A stretch of DNA of 64,000 bases from an uncultured Pseudomonadales bacterium. GTDB taxonomy: Bacteria > Patescibacteriota > Microgenomatia > UBA1400 > PJMF01. The stretch spans positions 168-64,167 of the forward strand of contig CAZYRN010000006.1 of NCBI GenBank assembly GCA_964650185.1. The letters run 5' to 3'. A program made the translations under genes and the position numbers. Each line of letters begins with the position of its first letter. Within the stretch, counting starts at the first letter, position 1. The notes beneath the pieces are model-generated. The model was not told the DNA's origin and ran no database searches. It saw nothing but the letters and a program-made list of their open reading frames with translations. Below, in pieces: positions 28,265 through 37,008 of this stretch.

Positions 28265-28777
28265 ATGTTTAATTTTGTAATGTCCAAACTTCAGCTTCCT
28301 ATTCTAATGTCTTTTCAAAGGCACTCGCCTGAGCTAGTTACATCAAAGCTTTATGACGAACTTACGTTTTACAAGCAATTTATAAAGGACCTGAAAGCTA
28401 GCAAACAGGAAGTGATCGTGGAAAGCCAGTTTATCAGCTCGACTCGAATGTATTCTTTGGCACCTTTGTTTCGTAACCTAGTGTCTAGAAAAGTTAAGTG
28501 TTATGTGATTACCCGAGATCCGGATGATCACGACATCACCATGAAGCAACAAGCCGAGAAAGAGATCCGCAAGTTTCAGACGATTGGTGTTCAGGTGATC
28601 TTGACTAACGAATACAGTCACCGGAAGCTGGCTATCATTGACCGCAAGGTCTTATGGGAAGGCAGCCTAAATATTTTGTCTCAGACTTGCAGTCAAGAAA
28701 TCATGCGCCGGATAGAAAGCAAAGAACAAGCACAAAAATGCTTTGATTTTGTGAGATTTGGAAAGTTTATTTACTAA
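28265..28777 (+). CDS. Single-domain phospholipase D-like (HKD) nuclease family protein
   Basis: HRKLAIID...WEGSLN motif. Confidence 0.8.
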   Translation: MFNFVMSKLQLPILMSFQRHSPELVTSKLYDELTFYKQFIKDLKASKQEVIVESQFISSTRMYSLAPLFRNLVSRKVKCYVITRDPDDHDITMKQQAEKEIRKFQTIGVQVILTNEYSHRKLAIIDRKVLWEGSLNILSQTCSQEIMRRIESKEQAQKCFDFVRFGKFIY

Positions 28778-28805
28778 AGGGGTAGTTTAGCTAAAAAATA
28801 AGGAT

Positions 28806-29015
28806 ATGGCTGGATATCAGATTAACGAAAAAGATATTGAGAGCGTGATTCGTTTTCTTAAAGTAACGGATCCGGAGAATGCTACTCCTGAGATGGCAAT
28901 AGAGCTATTGGAGCATCTTAAGGCTAGTTTCCATACCATGGCACACGAAGATCCAGAAAAACTGGAAGAAATCTATAAAGAGTTGAAAAAACAGAAAGAA
29001 TTAAAGACTAACTAG
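28806..29015 (+). CDS. Small hypothetical protein
   Basis: 69-aa ORF with AAGGA SD in the recombinase module. Confidence 0.6.
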   Translation: MAGYQINEKDIESVIRFLKVTDPENATPEMAIELLEHLKASFHTMAHEDPEKLEEIYKELKKQKELKTN

Positions 29016-29236
29016 TACGGCAAGATATCAGAAGATTCTAGATCAAGAGCTTTGACTAGTTTTAGCAGTGTAATTACAGACAAACTAGCTTCCCCACGCT
29101 CAACCTTGGCATAGTAGTTTCCATTGATGCCTGCTTTTTTGGCTACATCTAGCTGAGTTAGATCTTTTTCTAACCGCGCAGCCTTTAGTTTGTCACCAAT
29201 GGCATTTAATATTTTTGTGTCTTTTTGCCTTTTCAT
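29012..29236 (-). CDS. XRE-family HTH regulator
   Basis: LKAARLEKDLTQLDVAKKAGI...YYAKVERGE. Confidence 0.88.
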   Translation of the reverse strand: MKRQKDTKILNAIGDKLKAARLEKDLTQLDVAKKAGINGNYYAKVERGEASLSVITLLKLVKALDLESSDILPY

Positions 29237-29280
29237 CTTGGTATAGTATATCACTCGAGTGTATTATCCTTCTAATAGGA

Positions 29281-29529
29281 ATGAATAAATCTTCAAAAAC
29301 ACATACATCAGAAAGCACTTTTGATCTTGATTCAATAGATCGTTCCGAAAAACTTCAAAAGGCAAGGGAGATATTAGGTGAGTTGGCTAATGAGTATTCA
29401 GACGATGAACTATGGAAAATTGTAACTGAAATTCAATTCCTGACAGATTGTTGGCTGGATGAGTTTGAACGGGAAATTTTTGATGGAAAGACATTGACGG
29501 AACTACTGACCGAGGAGGTAGAATTTTAA
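29281..29529 (+). CDS. Small acidic protein upstream of the recombinase
   Basis: ATG 29281, divergent from the XRE gene; ends 2 nt before the recombinase start. Confidence 0.6.
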   Translation: MNKSSKTHTSESTFDLDSIDRSEKLQKAREILGELANEYSDDELWKIVTEIQFLTDCWLDEFEREIFDGKTLTELLTEEVEF

Positions 29530-29531
29530 AA

Positions 29532-30986
29532 ATGAAAAAAGCAATAGCTTACCTTCGGGTATCAACAGAAGAACAAGTTGATAATTTTTCTTTAGAAACG
29601 CAAGAAGAGATTTGCCGAAAAGAAGCTGAAAAACGCGATCTTAATTTAGTGAAGGTTTTTAGAGAAGAAGGTAAGTCTGCTAAAGACATCTCCGGCAGAC
29701 CAACCCTGCTTCAATTACTTGAATACTGTAGAAAGAATAAAACTATGATAGATGCCGTTATTGTCTACCGACTTGATAGGTTATCAAGACAAACTGCGGA
29801 TTACTTAGCAATACGAAAGAAACTGTCTGATTACAACATTACTTTATATTCTGCTACTGAACCTACCGGGGATAGTCCAACAGAAAAACTGGTGGAGACG
29901 ATCCTCGCCGGATTTGCTCAACTGGATAATGATATCCGGGCAGAACGAGCAAGAAATGGAATGAAAGCACGATTTCTAGCAGGCTACACCAACCAAAGAC
30001 CGCCATTAGGATATCTGATGGTAGATAAGGTAGTCGTAAAAGACCCAGATGCTTGGGATTTGGTGAAAGCTTCCTGGTATTTAATGGCAACCGGAACTAA
30101 AAGCCTCCGGGATATAGCAGACTACATGAATGGGTTGGGGTTGAGGTATAACGTGCGATCGAAAAACTACAAGATAAGGCCTCAAGCAGCCAACAGGATT
30201 TTCAGGCACAAATTTTATGCTGGCATACTAGCGTCAAAGACCTACGAGCTTGAAGTCAAAGGCAAACATCCTCCAATGATAACAATGGCTCAGTTTAATT
30301 TGGTCCAGGATATTTTGGATGGAAGAAGGACTAAACAACTACCGAAGATAAAAAGAATCAGAGACAACCCAGACTTTCCGTTAAGAAGGATCGTTAAATG
30401 CGGAAAGTGTGGTACTGGCTTAACCGGATCGTGGAGCACTGGAAGACGATCAAAATTCGCCTATTATCGCTGTGGCAAACCATGCAATCATAAATCTATC
30501 CGCAGACAAGATGTTCATGATGAGTTTATAAAAGCTTTAGGAGGTATAAAACCAAAACCTCAAACTGCTGAACTATTCGAGTTTCTAATGACACAAAGCT
30601 TTGAGAAAAGAAGACAAAAATTGCTAGAAAGAAAAAGAACAATAGATTTAGAAATTGAAAAAGCTAAGTCAGATAAGAAAAAGATTATCAAAAAACATTT
30701 AGAGGGGGTTTATTCGGATGAAATATATGAGGAGCAAATGGAAATAGTAGAGTTGAAGTTGCAAAAATTAGCAACACTCAATAATAATGAGTTATTAAGA
30801 GTCTATAAGCAGACAAAATTTAGCAAAATGTTAAACAGAAAATTACATTTACTTGACGAACTACTTACTAAACTAAGTTCAAGTCAGTTGAGAGCTTTAA
30901 TAAATTTAGTGTTCGATGGGAATTTAAATTGGAGTAGCAGAAATTTACTTGAATTTAAACCTAGAGGGATCTGGCAGCTAAATTAA
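29532..30986 (+). CDS. Large serine recombinase (resolvase + recombinase + Zn ribbon)
   Basis: YLRVSTEEQ catalytic Ser, RLDRLSR, PPLGY, CGKCG...YYRC...C and coiled coil. Confidence 0.95.
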   Translation: MKKAIAYLRVSTEEQVDNFSLETQEEICRKEAEKRDLNLVKVFREEGKSAKDISGRPTLLQLLEYCRKNKTMIDAVIVYRLDRLSRQTADYLAIRKKLSDYNITLYSATEPTGDSPTEKLVETILAGFAQLDNDIRAERARNGMKARFLAGYTNQRPPLGYLMVDKVVVKDPDAWDLVKASWYLMATGTKSLRDIADYMNGLGLRYNVRSKNYKIRPQAANRIFRHKFYAGILASKTYELEVKGKHPPMITMAQFNLVQDILDGRRTKQLPKIKRIRDNPDFPLRRIVKCGKCGTGLTGSWSTGRRSKFAYYRCGKPCNHKSIRRQDVHDEFIKALGGIKPKPQTAELFEFLMTQSFEKRRQKLLERKRTIDLEIEKAKSDKKKIIKKHLEGVYSDEIYEEQMEIVELKLQKLATLNNNELLRVYKQTKFSKMLNRKLHLLDELLTKLSSSQLRALINLVFDGNLNWSSRNLLEFKPRGIWQLN

Positions 30987-31845
30987 AGTTTTGGATGACT
31001 GCGAGTATATCCTTTTTATTTTTTATAGTGGTAATTTCTCTTCCTGTTGTGCTCGAGAAGCTAGTAAGAGTCTTCAAGTTAATATGACACAAAGCAATAA
31101 CTTTCCATTTTGCAAAGCTTAATAATTTCTTATCCTTTATGAATATTTCCAATCGAATAAACAAAGCTTCATACGCCATTACAAGTGCAAATAGATAAAT
31201 AAATGGCAAGTACATTACTGTCAATACCGAAGGAATAACTAAAGTTAGTAAGTTATGTGCGGATAATGCTTCCGTAAGACTTCCTATAGCAGTAAGGATG
31301 GAGTAAGACAAAATAAATATCCCATATCCAGCAATTAGGACTTTAAGTGGTCTTCTAACAATCATATATTCATCTCTACTATCCGCTAAAGCACTCATCG
31401 CTATCACTAGAAACAGGAATGGCATGAGAACAAACTCAATAGCAAATGAAAATGAATATAGACCAGTTAAAAACTCTACTAATATGGTAATAGCAAATGT
31501 CTCCAATAAAATTTTTTTAAATAATGAAGGGTCTTGGCTTGCTTTGTTTGTGTTGAGAAATAGAACCGTAGCGGTTCCAAAAAACCAAAAAATAGTATCT
31601 TTAAGTAAAAATATATCCCAAATACCTGCCTGCCTTAGTACTAATACCGATAATACTGAGTAAGCAAGCATGGCTAAAAAAGGAATAAGTATTTTCGGGT
31701 TAAAAAATGTATTTGCTACATTAAATAAACTTGTGCGTGTTTTACTGTTAATTAGAATGAAGATTATTAATATGACAACCCATGCTGCTAATGCTTTCTC
31801 TCGACCATTCATGGCATTTATTATTTCTAGTGCTGCCCTTTTCAT
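30961..31845 (-). CDS. Multi-TM hypothetical protein coupled to the 793-aa gene
   Basis: About 7-8 hydrophobic helices; 4-nt overlap with the upstream stop. Confidence 0.75.
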   Translation of the reverse strand: MKRAALEIINAMNGREKALAAWVVILIIFILINSKTRTSLFNVANTFFNPKILIPFLAMLAYSVLSVLVLRQAGIWDIFLLKDTIFWFFGTATVLFLNTNKASQDPSLFKKILLETFAITILVEFLTGLYSFSFAIEFVLMPFLFLVIAMSALADSRDEYMIVRRPLKVLIAGYGIFILSYSILTAIGSLTEALSAHNLLTLVIPSVLTVMYLPFIYLFALVMAYEALFIRLEIFIKDKKLLSFAKWKVIALCHINLKTLTSFSSTTGREITTIKNKKDILAVIQNFNLAARSL

Positions 31846-34223
31846 TTCTTTGGATTAGCCCCTTTAGTTTTCTTCCTGTTCTGATTTCTTTTTCGTTCGA
31901 ACTCTTCATGCCAAACTGTATCCCACCTTTTTATACCCAAATATTTTTGCTGAGTGGCCATAGCCAGTCCGTAAATTCCATAACTGTCTCTGTAAATTTT
32001 TTGTTCTTTTTCATTCCAACAATATGGAGGTGAGTGTAATGAAAATAACTCGTTTGCTGTTAAAATTAGAACTGGATTTACTGGTCTTTCTAACTTCCAA
32101 TGCTTATTTCCTACTCTCGTAATTTTCTTAATTTCTTGTATTTCAAACGGGGTGAGTTCTTCTCTTAAAGTTGAGAATACTAAAACTGCTCCGGGGAAGC
32201 TTTTTGCAATAGACTTCATACGGTTAAAATCTTTCTTTTTGAATTCGTTAAATGTTTTTGCCTCACCAAAAGCAACCCCATCTGCTATCTCTCCGAAGAC
32301 GGACTCGCGCCATAAGAAAGCAAAATCTGCTTCTAAATTCTTGCCAGTGCTTGTTTTAGTTGCATTAAACGAGTACACAGGAGTGGTTTGTATTGAGCTC
32401 ATCCTTCTTTCAGAAAAAAACTCAACAGAAAGCACTACACTGATAGCTCCTTCAGCGTAATTTGGGACACTAACTGGGCCGACAGTTTTATAAGACCAAT
32501 TACTTTCACTGAGGCTATCAATAGCATGAAAATCTTGCAAGCATTTAGTGCAATTTAATAAATTATGTAGATCTTCTAGATCGTACCAAGAATTTCTTTG
32601 GCAGTTAGGGCATTTAGCACTTACACCAAGAGAAAATAAGTTTAGCTCGATAAATTTTTCTAGTCTTTTTTCATCCCCAAATATTTCCTTCATTCGGCTC
32701 TTAATAAATGCTACAGTTTTGTCTCTACCTTCACCGTCTATGCTTACGGCCATTTCACCAATCAACTCAATAAGTTCTTTATTGGCTAACCCGTATGCCC
32801 AACCTTCTATCTGCTTATTCAATTCTTTAGCTAACTTTCCCGAGCTAGATAAACGAAAGTTCCAGCCATTATCCTTTAACCAAGCAGAAAAAACATTCTC
32901 TGCAAGGGGTAATTCCCAAGATATAGCTCTAGAAGAGTCAACTAGTCTTACCAATCCATTTTTTCCAATTCGCCAATCCTTAAATGTTCCAATACTACTA
33001 AGTGTTCTTTCTAAGCTTTCACCGTAAACTTTAGGAAATACTTCAGCGTATTTTTCAAGATCACCATATATGTTATAACTCACTTCATTAGATACAATGG
33101 GACTTCCAGTATATGAGGCTTTAATATGCTCTGGCATGCTTGCTGGTAAAAGTATCCTGTCATTTGCCTGTGTGAGATCAACTTCTTTTTCCGATTCGAA
33201 ATACACATCATGTGGGTCGACATGATCCTTACCCCGTGCCCACTCATCCCATATCCGAGGATATCCCTGGTGCAACAAGATAGGATTTGTTCCATCATCG
33301 TCTTTTTCCAAGTCTAGAGATGTGACAAAATCTCTTGCATCTTCCATTTTTTGACTAGTTGCGGGAATAATGTTTGCTCTGTACTTTATTGCAGGATTGT
33401 ATCTATTTGTCCAAAAACTTGCTTTAATAAAATCTTCAACTATCCCTTTAAAAAAATCATTATTAGTCATTGTTGTAGGAGCAGGTAGGACCGATCTTCC
33501 TGTAGCTCTAAGATTCCAATAATCCACTACATCTAGGAAGTCAGAAGGATCCAAATAAAATAATATATTTTCATTAGAAAACCCTCCTCTACTAATAGTG
33601 TCTAATTCATGCTGCATAATTCTTCTGGGAAAAAGTGTTCTGGGTTTTAGTATTTTCTTTAATGCTCTTGCCTTGGGCGTGGAAATATCTAAAGCTTCTT
33701 TATAGCCTGATTTCATTAAATCGTTGTAATACTTATCGGGCAATTTACCGAACCAACTTGCCCAAAATTCAGGATTTCTTGCTGGTATTTTTGGGAAGAC
33801 TACATTTATAGGATCTTTTTGGACAAATCTAAAGTATTCATGGTAGATCCAACTTAAGATATCGATAAACCCTATACCAAAAGAAAATGTATTTGGATTT
33901 TCTTTTGTAGGTAGAATCTTGTTTGACTTAACAACTCTTAATCCTAAATTCTTTATATAATCGGGCGGATCAAAGTCACAAACCAATATATCCGGGTCAT
34001 AAGCTTGAATATAACCAAGATTTATATCTCTCGCTGTTTTTCTAAAAGCATCTTTTCTCCATCTTTTAGTCTTTATTTGGTAAAGTGGAATTATAGGATT
34101 ATAAGGACCACCCCAAAGCACCGAATTTAGTTCAATAGCTTTTAGTAGTGCTTTCTTATCATTTGGTTTTATAAGAAAGGCAAACTTCAAAGGTCTACCT
34201 TTTACTTTTATATTGCCGATCAT
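31842..34223 (-). CDS. 793-aa hypothetical protein with C-terminal Zn ribbon and PD-(D/E)xK-like nuclease motif
   Basis: N-terminal RPLKFAFL...LWGGPYNPIIP; CPNC...CTKC; EAD...GEAK. Confidence 0.7.
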   Translation of the reverse strand: MIGNIKVKGRPLKFAFLIKPNDKKALLKAIELNSVLWGGPYNPIIPLYQIKTKRWRKDAFRKTARDINLGYIQAYDPDILVCDFDPPDYIKNLGLRVVKSNKILPTKENPNTFSFGIGFIDILSWIYHEYFRFVQKDPINVVFPKIPARNPEFWASWFGKLPDKYYNDLMKSGYKEALDISTPKARALKKILKPRTLFPRRIMQHELDTISRGGFSNENILFYLDPSDFLDVVDYWNLRATGRSVLPAPTTMTNNDFFKGIVEDFIKASFWTNRYNPAIKYRANIIPATSQKMEDARDFVTSLDLEKDDDGTNPILLHQGYPRIWDEWARGKDHVDPHDVYFESEKEVDLTQANDRILLPASMPEHIKASYTGSPIVSNEVSYNIYGDLEKYAEVFPKVYGESLERTLSSIGTFKDWRIGKNGLVRLVDSSRAISWELPLAENVFSAWLKDNGWNFRLSSSGKLAKELNKQIEGWAYGLANKELIELIGEMAVSIDGEGRDKTVAFIKSRMKEIFGDEKRLEKFIELNLFSLGVSAKCPNCQRNSWYDLEDLHNLLNCTKCLQDFHAIDSLSESNWSYKTVGPVSVPNYAEGAISVVLSVEFFSERRMSSIQTTPVYSFNATKTSTGKNLEADFAFLWRESVFGEIADGVAFGEAKTFNEFKKKDFNRMKSIAKSFPGAVLVFSTLREELTPFEIQEIKKITRVGNKHWKLERPVNPVLILTANELFSLHSPPYCWNEKEQKIYRDSYGIYGLAMATQQKYLGIKRWDTVWHEEFERKRNQNRKKTKGANPKK

Positions 34224-34430
34224 GTTTTTGCTATATAAAAAAAGCCCAATTAAGGGCAGGCTTTCAAAAATTTATATTTTCCTTTCCCTGTCATTATACT
34301 TTATTTTCCCTTACTCCTTAAATCTTTCCCTGAGGTCTTTAACCTGACTTTAACCGCTTCAGATGTTAAAATTATGACTATAGAGATAGTAGTGTACTGC
34401 GTTGTATGAATTTCAATTAAAGGAAATAAT

Positions 34431-35903
34431 ATGCTTACTGGAAAACTTAGATCAGAAATAGATAAAGTATGGGATGCCTTTTGGACAGGTGGGATTTCTA
34501 ATCCTCTGACGGTTATCGAGCAAATCACCTACCTTCTATTTATCAAACGGCTGGACGAAATTCACACGCTCCGCGAAAACAAAGCAAATGCTCAAAAAAC
34601 TGAAATTGAAAAACCTATATTTTCCGATGATCAACAACATTTAAGATGGTCTCATTTTAAAGATCTTGAGCCTAAAGAAATGTACAAAGTGGTATCTGAA
34701 GAAGTATTCCCATTCATAAAGGACCTTAACGGCAAAACTGAAGATGCCTACACACAATACATGAAGGATGCGACCTTCATGATTCCTACTCCAAATCTGC
34801 TGGATAAAGTAGTTAACATGCTTAACGAAATTAAGATGCATGATAGGGATACAAAAGGTGATGTTTATGAATACCTACTTTCAAAAATTGCCACAGCAGG
34901 TAGAAACGGTCAGTTTAGAACCCCGCGACACATTATCAGAATGATGGTTGAACTGGTTGAGCCAAAGCAAACTGATAAAATTGCTGATCCAGCGTGTGGA
35001 ACTGGGGGCTTTTTGGTATCTACCAGCGAGTATGTCCGAGAAAACTATCCGGAAATGTTTACGGATGAGAAACTTCGCGATCATTTTAACAACACGATGT
35101 TTTATGGCAACGATTTTGATCGAACAATGATCCGCATTGCCGTAATGAATCTTGTGCTTCATGGTATTGAAAATCCTAATGTAACCGACAAAGATGCGCT
35201 ATCCCAAAGCCAAGCTTTGGAAAGAAATAAGTTTGAGGTAATTCTAGCTAATCCCCCGTTTAAAGGATCTCTGGACTACGAAGTTGTGGCTAATGATCTT
35301 TTGCAAACAGTGCGTACGAAGAAAACTGAACTGTTATTTATTGCACTTTTTATCCATCAATTAAAGACCGGAGGTAGAGCAGCAGTTATTGTGCCGGATG
35401 GGGTTTTGTTTGGTAGCTCACAAGCACATAAAGCCATTCGCAAGCTGCTGATAGATGAACATCAACTTCAAGGAGTTATCTCTATGCCATCCGGTGTATT
35501 CAAACCCTATGCCGGAGTCTCTACTGCTGTATTACTGTTTACCAAAACTAACTCCGGAGGAACAGACAAGGTTTGGTTTTATGATATGAAGGCGGATGGA
35601 TATTCACTAGACGACAAACGCCAACCTCTCGATCTTGAAAAACACGAAGACAATAATATTCCCGATATAATCAAGCGTTATCACAATCTCAAGGAGGAAG
35701 AAGATAGAGAAAGAACGGATCAATCATTCTTGGTACCAGTCAAAGAAATCCGCGACAATGATTACGATCTATCAGTCAACCGATATAAAGAAATTGAGTA
35801 TGAGGAAGTGGAATATGAGGAGCCGGAAAAAATCATTGAAGATTTAGAAAAATTGGAAGTGGAAATTCAGGAAGGGCTAAAAAAGCTAAAGTCAAAAATA
35901 TGA
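34431..35903 (+). CDS. hsdM: Type I R-M methyltransferase subunit
   Basis: GQFRTP, DPACGTGGFL, NPPF and VPDGVLF. Confidence 0.96.
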   Translation: MLTGKLRSEIDKVWDAFWTGGISNPLTVIEQITYLLFIKRLDEIHTLRENKANAQKTEIEKPIFSDDQQHLRWSHFKDLEPKEMYKVVSEEVFPFIKDLNGKTEDAYTQYMKDATFMIPTPNLLDKVVNMLNEIKMHDRDTKGDVYEYLLSKIATAGRNGQFRTPRHIIRMMVELVEPKQTDKIADPACGTGGFLVSTSEYVRENYPEMFTDEKLRDHFNNTMFYGNDFDRTMIRIAVMNLVLHGIENPNVTDKDALSQSQALERNKFEVILANPPFKGSLDYEVVANDLLQTVRTKKTELLFIALFIHQLKTGGRAAVIVPDGVLFGSSQAHKAIRKLLIDEHQLQGVISMPSGVFKPYAGVSTAVLLFTKTNSGGTDKVWFYDMKADGYSLDDKRQPLDLEKHEDNNIPDIIKRYHNLKEEEDRERTDQSFLVPVKEIRDNDYDLSVNRYKEIEYEEVEYEEPEKIIEDLEKLEVEIQEGLKKLKSKI

Positions 35904-37000
35904 AATACATAGATTTGTTCGAAATTTGTCGACCCAAGCAGTGGAAGACAATATCTCAAAAAAATTTAAATACTGAAGGGTACCCTGTTTATGGGGCTAA
36001 TGGAATTATTGGCTATTATAAAGAATACAACCATGTGGAGCCCACAGTCATGATTACTTGTAGAGGGGCAACATGTGGAACAGTAAATATTAGCGATCCA
36101 AAGTCTTACATCACTGGTAATGCAATGTGTTTAGATGATTTATCTAGTGAGTTTGATAAAAAGTATCTTTTTTATTTCCTAACTAAAAGAGGTTTTGATG
36201 ATGTAATTTCTGGATCTGCACAACCACAAATCACCAGAACTGGTTTGAAAAAAGTCAAAGTGCCGTTTGTCCCTTTCAAAATCCAGCAGCAGATTGTGGA
36301 GATTTTGGACGAAGCCGATGCTGTGCGTAAAAAAAGGGAAAAAACTATTGAGAAATTGTCAGAACTAAAAAATGCAATTTACTACGAAATGTTTGGTGAT
36401 CCAATTAAAAACTCAAAAAATATTAAGACCAGGTTAATCAGGGATATAGCTACCGTTGTAAGAGGTAGCTCGCCTCGTCCTAAAGGAGACCCTGCATATT
36501 ACAATGGCCCAGTTCCTCGACTAATGGTAGAAGATTTAACAAGAGACGGGTTATATGTTCATGCTGAGGTCGACTCGTTGACTAAAGAAGGCGCAAAAAA
36601 GAGTAGGCCAATGAAAAAAAATGAAGTTGTAATAGTAGTAAGTGGGAATGTGGGAATAACAGCAATACTACAAGAAGACTGCTGCATACACGACGGTTTT
36701 GTGGGTTTACGTGACTTAAACCATAATGTTCTACCTGAATACCTTGCCATCACACTAAATAATATGACGGAAACTCACGAAAAGAGAAAAGCCGGGGCAA
36801 TCTTTAAAAACCTTACAACTACACAAATAAAAAATATGGAAGTACCTCTACCTTCACTTGAGGCGCAAGGGAAATTTACTGAACGTCTGAATATTGTTAA
36901 AGATACAAGTGACAACATCATAAATTCACAAGAGAGAATGTCGGACTTATTTAATCAGTTACTCAAAAAGTCGTTTAAAGGCGAGTTTAAGTTTAGCTAA
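35900..37000 (+). CDS. hsdS: Type I R-M specificity subunit
   Basis: Two TRDs with conserved helical spacers (P...Q..IV.ILD, MFGDP, PLPSLEAQ); ATGA overlap with hsdM. Confidence 0.93.
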   Translation: MKYIDLFEICRPKQWKTISQKNLNTEGYPVYGANGIIGYYKEYNHVEPTVMITCRGATCGTVNISDPKSYITGNAMCLDDLSSEFDKKYLFYFLTKRGFDDVISGSAQPQITRTGLKKVKVPFVPFKIQQQIVEILDEADAVRKKREKTIEKLSELKNAIYYEMFGDPIKNSKNIKTRLIRDIATVVRGSSPRPKGDPAYYNGPVPRLMVEDLTRDGLYVHAEVDSLTKEGAKKSRPMKKNEVVIVVSGNVGITAILQEDCCIHDGFVGLRDLNHNVLPEYLAITLNNMTETHEKRKAGAIFKNLTTTQIKNMEVPLPSLEAQGKFTERLNIVKDTSDNIINSQERMSDLFNQLLKKSFKGEFKFS

Positions 37001-37008
37001 ATAACATT

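Noticed and set aside
28021-28272. 83-aa ORF as a real gene
   Set aside because: No SD or motif and it spans the island junction; treated as a possible remnant only.
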